DNA from: an uncultured Phycisphaerales bacterium
GTDB taxonomy: Bacteria; Planctomycetota; Phycisphaerae; Sedimentisphaerales; Anaerobacaceae
Assembly: GCA_963772725.1 (NCBI GenBank)
Contig: CAVYYI010000003.1
Coordinates: 416,001 to 480,000 of the forward strand
Length of the DNA: 64,000 bases
Reading direction: 5' to 3'
Shown here in pieces: positions 30,989 through 42,550 of this stretch; position 1 is the stretch's first letter, and the number at the start of each line of letters is the position of its first letter. The notes under the pieces were generated by a model. The model did not search any database. It saw nothing but the letters and a program-made list of their open reading frames with translations, and had not been told where the DNA came from. The position numbers and the translations under genes were made by a program.

Positions 30989-33088
30989 ATGCATATTAAA
31001 TCGAGAAAAATTTTTATATGGATTCTTTCCCTGGCAATAGTCTTTGTTCTGTTCCTGATTTATAAAAAGTTTAATATCTCTCCCATTATAATTACCCAAA
31101 GACCACCAGAACTTCTCCACGACGTTTGCGACCTGAGCAAAAGGAAGGGCAAAGTCGGCACCGTTGAAATCGGTTCGGTCCAGAAAGCTGAATATATATC
31201 AAGAAATGCCAAAACAAAAGAAATCGAAGGCGTTTTCGGCTTCGAAAAACTCCTCAACCAGGCCGAAAATGAATGGGAAATCGAAAAACCCTATCGTATC
31301 ATCTACAAACCTAATTTCGTCTGCCGCGTCACCGCCGACAAAGGCAGCGTCTCAATCGACCCTGCCGCCAGGACCCCCAGCCCAAAAGATGCCGCCCTGA
31401 TTGGAAATGTAGTTATCAGCATCGCCCCGCAAAAAGACAAATATACAGGCGAATATTTTATTTATCTTGATGATATTACATTCGTCAGCGAAAAATCGCT
31501 GTTCACTACCGCCGGCCCTGTAAAACTCGTTTCTCCCGATATTCAGCTTAACGGGAAAGGCCTTGAAGCGGTCTATAACGAAGGTACTGAAAGAATCGAA
31601 TATCTGAAACTCATCAGTCTTGAGAGTCTGCGTATAAAAAATAAAAACAAAACAGAGTTATTTCCATCGGCGAAAAGAGAATCTGTCAGCCCGCCGGCAG
31701 CGGAATCAGTTACCAGTAATGATACAAACCAATCTCCCGGGTTGCCTGCCGCACCAGAAACGTATAAATGTGTTCTTCTCGATAACGTCCGCGTCAGTAC
31801 CCCTGAACATTTAATCACCGCCGATGAACTTTCCATCAGCGACATCATTCTTAAATCGCTAAAAAATAACACTGTCCAGCCCGAAGCCAACGAACCGAAT
31901 CAACCCTCGCCGCAATTAGCAGTTACCCTCGATGTTAATGCTGTACCGGCATCCGTACAGTCAGAACCGAATAAAACGGAATCGCCTTTTTCTGAGATTG
32001 TCGTAACCTGCGACAAAGGCCTTATTTTCATGCCGGTAAATTCCCCACTGAAATTGGAGACTTATGACCCGAATATAAAAACCACAAAAAATATCGCGGA
32101 CGCCAACGGCAGAATTACTTTCGTTGCGCAAAAAATCGATTACGGCATTATTTCCGAAAACGTTCTCGCCTCAGGCCGTTCCGAGCTTTCTTTTTTCGCG
32201 AAGGATAAAACCGCCGCAGACACCAATATTGCCCCCGTACCGGTAAAGATATCCGCTTCCCAAAAAATTACCTACACATCAGCCGCCAATCAGGCCATCT
32301 TTGAAGGCGACTGCGCCGGCACGATGCTCAAAAAAGAGCAGGGCGCCGACCAGAAATATACCCTTACATCGCCACGATTTGTCGTCAACCTGACAAAGAA
32401 TAAAGCTTCATCCGCTGATATTGGCAGTGTAACCGCCGACGGCGGTAGGGCATACCTTACCGTTGTTAAAATGGCAGGAGACAAAATGCTCGGCTTTACA
32501 AAACTCAAATGCACTAAAATCGACTTCGACAATAATCAGCAGATTGTTCTTGCCATGGGACCGGGCCTTATCGCTGCCGACAATTCCAAAATCGCTGAGC
32601 CGGGGAATAAAAAACCCATGAAGTTCGGCCTCCAAAAACAGTGCTATGCTCTCCTCAACGGTTTCGAGACTCTGACTTACTCGTTAAAAACAAACCGGAT
32701 TGTTACAGATGCCATTTCGCAGAAAACCTCCGATGCTTCGACACTGCTGAATATCAGTTATGTCCCCATCGTTGGCGGCAAAGACGGCGAAGCGACCAAA
32801 GTTACCGCCAAACATATTGACATTTCTCTGGCAAAAACCGTTGGCGGGCAGGACGAAATCTCCGCACTGGCCGCTACAGGGGGTATTACCTTTGAGGATG
32901 AAAACAGACAATTCATCGGCAATGATTTATTCTACGACGCCAACACCTCTGATGTTTATGTTACCGGCGACGAACACAATCCGTGCTTCCTCAACGGCAC
33001 ACTCGTGGATAGAATCGACTGGAACATTCGCACAAACAGAATCAAAACCAACGTAATCGGCCCCAGCCAGTTCCAGATGAAAAAATAG
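30989..33088 (+). CDS. Large LptC/LptA(OstA)-like beta-rich envelope protein
   Basis: N-terminal TM anchor, beta-strand-rich repeats (TADKG, GNVVI, GPVKL, GKGLEA, ATGGITF, GNDLFYD); position directly after kdsD-kdsC. Confidence 0.65.
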   Translation: MHIKSRKIFIWILSLAIVFVLFLIYKKFNISPIIITQRPPELLHDVCDLSKRKGKVGTVEIGSVQKAEYISRNAKTKEIEGVFGFEKLLNQAENEWEIEKPYRIIYKPNFVCRVTADKGSVSIDPAARTPSPKDAALIGNVVISIAPQKDKYTGEYFIYLDDITFVSEKSLFTTAGPVKLVSPDIQLNGKGLEAVYNEGTERIEYLKLISLESLRIKNKNKTELFPSAKRESVSPPAAESVTSNDTNQSPGLPAAPETYKCVLLDNVRVSTPEHLITADELSISDIILKSLKNNTVQPEANEPNQPSPQLAVTLDVNAVPASVQSEPNKTESPFSEIVVTCDKGLIFMPVNSPLKLETYDPNIKTTKNIADANGRITFVAQKIDYGIISENVLASGRSELSFFAKDKTAADTNIAPVPVKISASQKITYTSAANQAIFEGDCAGTMLKKEQGADQKYTLTSPRFVVNLTKNKASSADIGSVTADGGRAYLTVVKMAGDKMLGFTKLKCTKIDFDNNQQIVLAMGPGLIAADNSKIAEPGNKKPMKFGLQKQCYALLNGFETLTYSLKTNRIVTDAISQKTSDASTLLNISYVPIVGGKDGEATKVTAKHIDISLAKTVGGQDEISALAATGGITFEDENRQFIGNDLFYDANTSDVYVTGDEHNPCFLNGTLVDRIDWNIRTNRIKTNVIGPSQFQMKK

Positions 33089-33196
33089 CCCGCGCTCCTG
33101 CATGCCCTTATTCGCCGTGGCTTTTATCTTCAGATGGCCTGCTGCTCAATTGCTTTAATCTCTATGCGGCTGCGGTCGCGGGCATTGTGTGTCGGC

Positions 33197-33634
33197 TTAT
33201 TTCATCATATCTTTTGGCTCCATTATCTTCTTCGAATCCATCATTTTTTTGCACATGGGGCAGTTCTCCATCATCTTGGCCATATCCTTTTGCATCTTCT
33301 CTGTGTCTATTTTCATTTCAACTTCCTTGACCATATTCAGGTCTTTGTCGTACTTGGTCAGTTTCTGGCCTGTCATAACTACTACGCCGCCATCGGGTGT
33401 CGCGACAACCTCACATCGCATCATTCTCTGGCACATCGACATGCACATCGGACACATTCCCATTGGGCCGCCGGGCATACCACCGTCCATCATTTTCTTG
33501 TGCATTGCCATCATTTCGTTGCTGTCCGCCATCGCACGGCCAATCATTGCGCCGGGCTCTGTCTTGGCCAGGACAACATACGCTCCGCCCGCAACCAGCA
33601 GGACAACCATTGCTGAAATAATCATCTTTTTCAT
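33197..33634 (-). CDS. Secreted Met-rich protein with two CPMC motifs
   Basis: Signal peptide, about 30 Met in 145 aa, AAAGGG RBS. Confidence 0.8.
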   Translation of the reverse strand: MKKMIISAMVVLLVAGGAYVVLAKTEPGAMIGRAMADSNEMMAMHKKMMDGGMPGGPMGMCPMCMSMCQRMMRCEVVATPDGGVVVMTGQKLTKYDKDLNMVKEVEMKIDTEKMQKDMAKMMENCPMCKKMMDSKKIMEPKDMMK

Positions 33635-33886
33635 TTTGATACCCTTTCTAAAAATAAACCTTATTTTACGCGTTGAGCCGAAAAGCCCCCCGCAACTCTA
33701 CTTATGACGGAATATTAAAATTCTATCCCCTTACTCTGCCCCAAACAACCAGCCTTTTGCCTATTTCAGGGGTTCTTTTTGCTTATATTCAGTTTGCTGT
33801 GTGGCAAAAAAAAGATAATCGCTGGTAATAAAATGATAAAAGAAATTAGCTCGTGCCCATAAATTTCGCGGCTAATTATCTCTGCA

Positions 33887-34591
33887 CTAAAAGCTGCTTT
33901 TGCAAAGGGACTGGAGGTCTGAGATTTTCAGTTCGTTAAGATGGCTGACGACTTTTTCGGCAAGGGTTAGCTCGGCGGCAACATAAGAATTTGTAATGGC
34001 GATTGTGTGCATGCCGGCAGCCTTTGCGGCCTTTAGTCCCCACTGTGAATCTTCTATTACAACACACTGACCCGGCTGAAGAGGAATGGTGTGCTTTTGA
34101 TTAAGTTTTCGCAGCGTAAGGAGAAAGCCGTCGGGATATGGTTTTCCTTTTTTGACCTGCTCAGCGGAAACTATTATCTCAAAATAAGACCTGAGTTTCG
34201 CGTCGTTAAGTATCAGTTCAATCTCGCAGAGAACGGCGCCCGAACAGATTGCTATCGGCACATTGTTCTGACGGAGCAATTCGAGAAAATCACGAACGCC
34301 GTCAATAATTTTGCCATCGGTTTTCGCGAGTTTCTCAAAGACTTTATTTTTACGGCTGACAAGATTTTCAACTTCAGCAAAGTCGGCCTTAATCAATTTA
34401 TTTTCAATAAGCTGGGTAAAAAGGTCGAAATCGCTCAGGCCCAGGTAGTTTTTGTAATAATCCTTGAGGCTGATTTCAAAGCCATAAAAAGCGAGTGTCT
34501 GATTAAACGCGCGGAAATGTAGAATCTCCGAATCCGTTATCACCCCGTCAAAATCAAATATTACAGCACCGAGCATGAGAGTGTTTCCCAT
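33887..34591 (-). CDS. HAD-family phosphatase (beta-PGM-like)
   Basis: FDFDGVITDSE, KGKPYPD, VIEDS. Confidence 0.92.
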   Translation of the reverse strand: MGNTLMLGAVIFDFDGVITDSEILHFRAFNQTLAFYGFEISLKDYYKNYLGLSDFDLFTQLIENKLIKADFAEVENLVSRKNKVFEKLAKTDGKIIDGVRDFLELLRQNNVPIAICSGAVLCEIELILNDAKLRSYFEIIVSAEQVKKGKPYPDGFLLTLRKLNQKHTIPLQPGQCVVIEDSQWGLKAAKAAGMHTIAITNSYVAAELTLAEKVVSHLNELKISDLQSLCKSSF

Positions 34592-34602
34592 ACCAAAGTA
34601 TT

Positions 34603-36408
34603 TTATTCACCAGCTATCGGGCTGACCAAAGCGGAATATTCCGTGAAGGTGGATTTATCGCCGGTTTTAATCAGTTCCGCCAGAGCTTTAATCTTCGGAG
34701 CGTTTTTAGTAATGTACCTGCGAGCTACTACGGCTTTTCGTTTCTTCATAGAAGTCATTGTGCCGCTGGCCTGGCCGTTATCATTTGACACAGGTACTTC
34801 CATATCGACTTTGGAGCTTGCCTGACCGCAGAAGAGATAGCCGTTAATAAGAGCAATTGCGATATCAACCAGTGCCCTGCCGTAAAGGTCCATATAGTCA
34901 TTGCCGTTAGCTTTGATAAATTCCACGCTGCTCTTCAAAAGTTCCATTCCTTCACGGAGTTTTTCAAGGACATCGCTCAACTCTGAAGTATAACTCTGCT
35001 CTGTCATTTCGGTAATGAATTTTTCAGCCGTACCGCTGCAAACACCTCTGACAGCCGCCACAACCTGCAACTGGCTGGTTCCTTCGTAAATCGTTGTGAT
35101 ACGTGCGTCGCGCGCATGGCGTTCGCAGGCATAATCCCGCATGTAACCACTGCCGCCCAGAACCTGAATGGAATCGTACGCGACCGAATTGGCCATTTCC
35201 GAGCAGAAATATTTGCTCATCGGTGTCAGCATCGCCGCATATCTTTTGTATTTGCGTGAATCGTTCTTGAGATCCTGGAGCTGAGCCTTATCAGTCGGCG
35301 GATTAAATTCGAGCCTTTTCTCGCAGCCGATTTCAATATCCACAACCCTTGATGTTTCATAAAGAAGCGCTCGACCGGCCTCCGTCGCTATTTTCATATC
35401 AATAAGCATATCGCGAACAGCTGGAAGTTTTTCAATTGCTACGCCAAACTGTTTTCTGCTTGCGCCGTAATCGCGGGCAATTCTGTATGTCGCTTCCGCA
35501 ATACCCAGCGACTGACCAGCTATGCCGATACGGGCGCCGTTCATAAGGGCCATAACATAAGTCACAAGCCCGCGTTGTCTTTCACCGATTAACTCGCAGG
35601 GCGTATTGTCGAAAAATATCTCGCATGTCGGCGAACCGTGAATACCCAACTTATCCTCAAGCCGTCTTATATGAACACTTGGCCCTCTGTCACAAACAAA
35701 AAGGCTCAATCCAAGTCCACCGCTTCTGTCGGTTTCACTTCTGGCCAATACCAGCAGGACTTCACCGCACCCATTTGTGATGAATCTTTTCACACCGTGT
35801 AAAAACCATTTGCCGTTACTATCCTGAAAAGCCCGCAGATTTACCGACTGCAAATCGGAACCCGCGTCCGGTTCGGTAAGCACCATCGCGCCTGTTACCT
35901 TGCCCGCTGCAAAATCGTGCAAATACTTCTGCTTGATTTCTTCACTTGCAAAAGCGTTAATCGTTTCAGCGATACCCTGAAGGCCGAATATATTCATCAG
36001 CGATGCATCAGCACGAGAGACCATTTCGATGGCTATCGAATAAATAACATTCGGAAAATTCAATCCGCCAAACCTGTGTGGAAGTGTAAAACCCATCACC
36101 TCAGTCTTTGACAATTTGTCCAGCGATTCAGCAATACCATCCGCATAACTCACCGAGCCGTCCTCGTTAAGAGTGTTACCCTGACGATCAATGCCCTCCG
36201 AACGGGGAGCGATGAATTCGCCGCTTAACTGACCCACCGAATCAAGGACAACTTCATAATTCCTTATCGCCTCTTCACTGTTGGCCGGTGCGTAATCAAA
36301 TTCCTTTGAAAAGCGAAAATCCTCTTCGATGATTCCCGCCAGCTTGGCCAAATCCATATGTTTAAACAAAAACCGTATATCGTCGTTATCTTTGTAAAAA
36401 TTTGCCAT
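34603..36408 (-). CDS. Acyl-CoA dehydrogenase with C-terminal extension
   Basis: MVLTEPDAGSD, KRFITNG, KLGIHGSPT, GGSGYM, IYEGTSQLQ. Confidence 0.95.
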   Translation of the reverse strand: MANFYKDNDDIRFLFKHMDLAKLAGIIEEDFRFSKEFDYAPANSEEAIRNYEVVLDSVGQLSGEFIAPRSEGIDRQGNTLNEDGSVSYADGIAESLDKLSKTEVMGFTLPHRFGGLNFPNVIYSIAIEMVSRADASLMNIFGLQGIAETINAFASEEIKQKYLHDFAAGKVTGAMVLTEPDAGSDLQSVNLRAFQDSNGKWFLHGVKRFITNGCGEVLLVLARSETDRSGGLGLSLFVCDRGPSVHIRRLEDKLGIHGSPTCEIFFDNTPCELIGERQRGLVTYVMALMNGARIGIAGQSLGIAEATYRIARDYGASRKQFGVAIEKLPAVRDMLIDMKIATEAGRALLYETSRVVDIEIGCEKRLEFNPPTDKAQLQDLKNDSRKYKRYAAMLTPMSKYFCSEMANSVAYDSIQVLGGSGYMRDYACERHARDARITTIYEGTSQLQVVAAVRGVCSGTAEKFITEMTEQSYTSELSDVLEKLREGMELLKSSVEFIKANGNDYMDLYGRALVDIAIALINGYLFCGQASSKVDMEVPVSNDNGQASGTMTSMKKRKAVVARRYITKNAPKIKALAELIKTGDKSTFTEYSALVSPIAGE

Positions 36409-36419
36409 AATTTTCCTGC

Positions 36420-37462
36420 TTAATTCTCTTCTTTCACGCTCTTTTCCTTAATAGTTTTAATCATTTTGGGAACGATGACATTCAGGTCGCCGAGAATTTT
36501 ATAGTGGGCGACCTGAAAAATCGGAGCATTGGGGTCGTTATTAATCGCGATAATCTTCTGACTCTGATTCATACCAGCCTGATGCTGAATCGCGCCGCTT
36601 ATTCCGACGGCAATATAAAGGCTGGGTCGAACGGTTGTTCCCGTTTGGCCAACCTGATGGTCCCCGTCAATAAAGCCGAGGTCAACGGCGGCCCTTGTCG
36701 CCGCAGGTGCTCCGCCAAGACAGTTAGCCAAATCCCATACGAGTTTGAAATTGTCCTTGCTCCCAACACCAGCGCCACCTGCAACAATTACCCTTGCGGC
36801 CTTGAGGTCAACCTTTTTCGGCTGTTTGTGTTCCTGGAGAATTTCGAGCGGCAAATCATTTTGCATAAGCTGCGTCTTCTCGTGGATAATCTCGCCTTTT
36901 CTGTGTACGTCGGGCTGAGGCATCGGCATAACGCCTTCTCGGACAGTAGCCATCTGAGGCCATCGGTCGTAATTTATAATAGTCGCAATAATGTTTCCGC
37001 CAAAAGCTGGCCTTACCTGGAAGAGCAGGTTTTCATAAAGCTGACCGTTCCCGCTAAGCTGGTGAGACCCAATCTGAAGGTCTGTACAATCAGCAGTCAA
37101 ACCTGCTTTTACGGCGCTTGCAATTCGCGGGCCGAAATCTCGCCCGGTTATTGTCGCCCCGTAAAGCACAATCTGCGGCTCGTATTTGTGAATTAAATCG
37201 TAAATCGCCTTTGCATAGCTGTTCGTCTGGTAATGCTCAAGCAGCGGGTGTTCGAGCAGATATACCTTGTCTGCGCCATATTGAATGAGCCTGGCGCAAG
37301 TTCGCTAACCTTATCACCCAGCAGAACCGCACCCAGTTTCACCTTCAGCGTATCAGCAAGCCGCCTCGCCTTACTCATCAATTCCAGCGGTATATCCGAA
37401 AGTTTGCCGTTATGCTGCTCTGCGAAAACCCAGACTTCACCTTTTCTATTAACATCTATCAT
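36420..37462 (-). CDS. etfA: Electron transfer flavoprotein alpha subunit (frameshifted near 37180-37300)
   Basis: VWVFAEQ, GLTADCT, RPAFGGN, QVGQTG, GISGAIQH. Confidence 0.93.
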
Positions 37463-37530
37463 ATTTCGTATCTCACAACTCGTAATTCGTTTATCGTTAT
37501 AACCTCAAATCCCTGCGGGAATAAAAATAG

Positions 37531-38442
37531 TTACGCTATTGTTTTATCTTTGATTAATTCGTGTATCATATCGGCAATCCCGGCATCGCTCGGCTCGATG
37601 GTTTTGCTCTCTTTAGCGGTCAGAACAACGCTTTGAATGCGATGCACCTTCGTCGGGGAACCATCTCTTCCACACCATTTCAGGTCCGCGCCGAGGAAAT
37701 CGAGGTCCCATTGTTTAATCAGCAGCCCCTTTGCCTTTAATTCGCCGCATTTTTTTTCGGCAAGTGATTTTATTATCACCGGCTCAGCTCCGGGGTTTTC
37801 CGCCTTTACCTTCTGCTCAGCTTCAAACGCTGTAAGAGCGTTCTTGTGTTTCATCAGCTTTTTGGCCGCCGCGACTCTCGGCTCATTCGCCGCGTCCATT
37901 ACCGTCAGCAGTACCGGCAGTTTCGCTTTCACAACCTGCCAGCCGTTACCAATATTCCGCCGCGCGGTTATGGTTTTATTTTCGAGTTCGACCAGTTTCT
38001 CAACATAAGTAATCTGCGTAATCCCAAGCTTTTCAGCTAATTGCGGCCCAACCTGCGCCGTGTCGCCGTCAATCGCCTGCCTCCCGCAGAGAACAACGTC
38101 ATAATTAAGCTTCTTCACCGCACAGCTTAAAATATAACTCGTCGCGAGAGTATCACTTGCGGCACATCGCCTGTCGGTAACCAGCACCGCGTCATCAGCA
38201 CCGTGATAAAGCGATTCACGAAGTACCGCCGCTGCCGACGGCAGACCCATTGTTATCGCCGTTACAGTCCCGCCGAATTTTTCCTTAATCTCCAAAGCCA
38301 GTTCCAATGCGTTAAGGTCTTCAGGATTAAATATCGCCGGAAGCGCCGCACGATTGACTGTTCCGTCATCGTTCATCGCCTGGCCGGTTATCCTTTTCGT
38401 ATCGGGAACCTGCTTTATCAAAACAACACAATTATAAGCCAC
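37531..38442 (-). CDS. etfB: Electron transfer flavoprotein beta subunit
   Basis: KQVPDT, NPEDLNALE, DTLATS, GRQAIDGDTAQVGPQ. Confidence 0.95.
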   Translation of the reverse strand: MAYNCVVLIKQVPDTKRITGQAMNDDGTVNRAALPAIFNPEDLNALELALEIKEKFGGTVTAITMGLPSAAAVLRESLYHGADDAVLVTDRRCAASDTLATSYILSCAVKKLNYDVVLCGRQAIDGDTAQVGPQLAEKLGITQITYVEKLVELENKTITARRNIGNGWQVVKAKLPVLLTVMDAANEPRVAAAKKLMKHKNALTAFEAEQKVKAENPGAEPVIIKSLAEKKCGELKAKGLLIKQWDLDFLGADLKWCGRDGSPTKVHRIQSVVLTAKESKTIEPSDAGIADMIHELIKDKTIA

Positions 38443-38651
38443 TTATTAATCTCCTTGTCAATTCCTGCTTTTCGCCCTTTGACAAAGATGGTTAGTTTAA
38501 CGTGATTTAACGATAAGTCAACCCTAATTTCCAAACGACTGATTTGGCAAGGCATAAACCACGTAACACCCTAACCCAGCGGACAAAAAATGTAAAATTA
38601 TTGGACGCCGGCAGCGAAAAACTGTAAACTATTTATCAAAAGGAAAACCTA

Positions 38652-38897
38652 ATGCTCCAAAAGTTAAAAAGAACAGTTACATCAGTGCTGCCTGTTTCCG
38701 GCAAAAGAAAAGGCGCTTGCGTCGGTTGCGGCCAATGCTGCAAACTGCCCAAAGCATGCCCATTTTTAAAATACAAGCCCGACGGCAAAAGCTATTGCGC
38801 CATTTATCGTCTTCGACCCTTGAACTGCCGAAAATATCCCAGAACCGATTCCGAACACATCACCAAAAAAACCTGCGGTTTCAAATTCAAGGATTGA
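38652..38897 (+). CDS. Small Cys-rich protein (YkgJ/CxxCxxCC family)
   Basis: CVGCGQCC...CPFL...CAIY..RPLNCRKYP; AAGGA RBS. Confidence 0.82.
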   Translation: MLQKLKRTVTSVLPVSGKRKGACVGCGQCCKLPKACPFLKYKPDGKSYCAIYRLRPLNCRKYPRTDSEHITKKTCGFKFKD

Positions 38898-38971
38898 TTT
38901 TTTCATAAATCCCACACCACACATTTTCTTAGAGCGGGCTTCTTCACGCCGATTTACTTATAAATCATCAA

Positions 38972-39856
38972 TTACTGGAACTTGACTTTTACTCCCTTTT
39001 CGCGTGCCTGGTTAATAAATGTTCTCATATCCCCAAGAAGCAGTTGAAGCTGCTGAGTATTTTCTATGAGGTTTTCATATAATTTGCCGTCGTTGACCAA
39101 ACGACCCGCCGTACCCTCACCGCTATTTACTTTGTCCAGAATCAGGCGGGTGTCCGCTATCGCCTTGCTTAGTTCTTCACTGGCCCCGGTCCCGGAAATT
39201 ACCAGTTTCTGAAGCTCCTTAAGCGTCAGGGCAGCCTCTTTTGTTACATCGGACATGTGCGCCAATGTGGCGGTGAGATTGTCTTTGTTTTCCTTTTTGC
39301 CGATAATTTCGTTGGCGTTGTTAATCAGAACAATCAGGCTGCGGGTCAGTTCATCCAGTTTTTTCTGCGTATCTTCCGGAAAAAGTCCGCTTGTTACACC
39401 GGCCGAACCCTGCAATATGCTTCCCTTTACCAAAGGCCTGGCCTGCGGCTGATTAGCTTCTGATGGCATTTCACGCAACTCGATATCGCTGCCCAGACCC
39501 CGGCTCATCAGCTTGGCCTCGACATTTGAGGGAATGTCATTATATTTTTTATCAATATCGATAACGACAATGGTCTGATGGTATTGCTGATGGGTTGCCA
39601 AATTATCAACGATTCGCGGCGGCTCTATATCTGTCACTCTGCCAATCTGGTACCCGCAGAACCGCACAGGAGTATTCTGTGAGATTCCCGGTGCGGAAGG
39701 AAACTGAATCTTAACCTGGAAAGATTTAAAACCGCTGATCCAGACCGGCAGTTTTCCGAATTTGAATATCAGCCAGAAAAAGGCCGCTATTCCTATCAAT
39801 ACGAAAATGCCGACCGTAATATTACGGTTTCGTTGTATGGTTTCATAGTCGTTCAC
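38972..39856 (-). CDS. MlaD/MCE-domain protein
   Basis: VGIFVLIG anchor, PVRFCGYQIGRV, GEGTAGRLVND. Confidence 0.88.
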   Translation of the reverse strand: MNDYETIQRNRNITVGIFVLIGIAAFFWLIFKFGKLPVWISGFKSFQVKIQFPSAPGISQNTPVRFCGYQIGRVTDIEPPRIVDNLATHQQYHQTIVVIDIDKKYNDIPSNVEAKLMSRGLGSDIELREMPSEANQPQARPLVKGSILQGSAGVTSGLFPEDTQKKLDELTRSLIVLINNANEIIGKKENKDNLTATLAHMSDVTKEAALTLKELQKLVISGTGASEELSKAIADTRLILDKVNSGEGTAGRLVNDGKLYENLIENTQQLQLLLGDMRTFINQAREKGVKVKFQ

Positions 39857-40114
39857 TGTTTTTCCCCTTTCAAATCTGTCCGGCCATGGAGAAACAACTC
39901 CCTGATGGCCCGGAGTGGATAACCGCTGTCATTAAGGTTTTTTATCAATTTGATTCGCAGAACGCTTTTCTCATCGAAAAGCTTTCTGCCTGTCGGTGTA
40001 ACCCGGTTCGGCTCAAGCAATCCGACCATTAGATAATATTGCAGAGATCTGGACGGAAATGCCAGCTTTTTTTGCCGCTGCTCCGACCGAAATCAGCTTA
40101 TTTTCCTGAGCCAT
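39853..40114 (-). CDS. Small MerR-type HTH protein (frameshift near 40050; absent from ORF track)
   Basis: MAQENKLISVGAAAKKAGIS / SLQYYLMVGLLEPNRVTPTGRKLFDEKSVLRIKLIKNLNDSGYPLRAIRE; stop overlaps the mlaD GTG. Confidence 0.85.
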
Positions 40115-40183
40115 ATTATTGAAGATCGTAATTTTAAACTTTTAACTTTTAATTTTAAACTCTCAAACCGGCCATCGGTCAGT

Positions 40184-40579
40184 TTAAGTACTTTTTGATG
40201 CCGCCATTGCCGCCAGCGCCAGGAAAGAGTTTTTAACCTTTTCCAACGTTAATAATTTTATCGCCTTTTTGGGCGGCACGGCTTTATTCGTATTTTGCGA
40301 GAACCTCGGCGAAACCATAACAAGATAATCGAATTCACCTGTTATCTCCCGCTGAGTTTGCCTGAAAGATTCTCTTAGCAGCCGTTTTATACGATTACGC
40401 TCAACGGCATTTCCTAAGGCCTTGGCTATCGAAATACCCAGCCGCGGATATCCGCATTTGTTTTCAGCGACATACAATATAAGCAGCTCGTCTGATACAC
40501 AAAGCCTGCGCTTCAATACCGCCTTGAACTGCTCATTGCTTACAAGTCTTTTATTTTTTTGAAATCCTGCCGGCTTCAT
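40184..40579 (-). CDS. rnpA: Ribonuclease P protein component
   Basis: RLGISI, GNAVERNRIKRLLRESFR. Confidence 0.93.
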   Translation of the reverse strand: MKPAGFQKNKRLVSNEQFKAVLKRRLCVSDELLILYVAENKCGYPRLGISIAKALGNAVERNRIKRLLRESFRQTQREITGEFDYLVMVSPRFSQNTNKAVPPKKAIKLLTLEKVKNSFLALAAMAASKST

Positions 40580-40649
40580 AATCCTGTGGCAACAAAAAAA
40601 ACATAACAGTATTCTTTAAACCTGGCTGCGGCCAAAGTCTGTACCAGTC

Positions 40650-41096
40650 TTAATTCCCGGTGTTGGCCGGCATTTGGGCCAATTTCGTCAAAAACGAGAA
40701 TTTCTGCGTCTCGTGCGTCCGCTGCTGCGGAGTATATTCGCTGGTGCTTAATTTGGCTTTGGCTCTTTCGACTATTCGTTCTATTTTTTCACGCTCTACG
40801 TTATGGAAGTAAACAGCGTCATAAGCGATAACCGTAAGAAGATTGCACCCTATCAGACCGATACCCCCATCTATCAGCAAAAATATGCTGTGAGGCAAAA
40901 CTTCAATGTCCGAAGGGACAACTTTCACTTCCATTATCCCAAGCCCGAGTTTGCAAAGCATTGGCATGTGATTATGCCAGATGCCGACTTGACCGTCGTG
41001 CGAGGGAAAAACCACAGAAACGACCTCATAGTCCAGCAGCTTGCCCGACGGGGCAATTACAACACACTGAAATGTTTTTCCAAGTACACCTGCCAC
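40650..41096 (-). CDS. atpC: F-ATPase epsilon subunit
   Basis: VIAP...GQVGIWHNHMP...GG; last gene of the atp operon. Confidence 0.85.
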   Translation of the reverse strand: MAGVLGKTFQCVVIAPSGKLLDYEVVSVVFPSHDGQVGIWHNHMPMLCKLGLGIMEVKVVPSDIEVLPHSIFLLIDGGIGLIGCNLLTVIAYDAVYFHNVEREKIERIVERAKAKLSTSEYTPQQRTHETQKFSFLTKLAQMPANTGN

Positions 41097-41116
41097 TGTA
41101 AATAAAACCTTTCTTT

Positions 41117-42549
<1,433 letters not shown>

Positions 42550-42550
<1 letters not shown>

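Noticed and set aside
33134..33707. His-rich and Ile-rich plus-strand ORFs
   Set aside because: Reverse complement of the ATG-rich Met protein (CAT = His, ATC/ATT = Ile)
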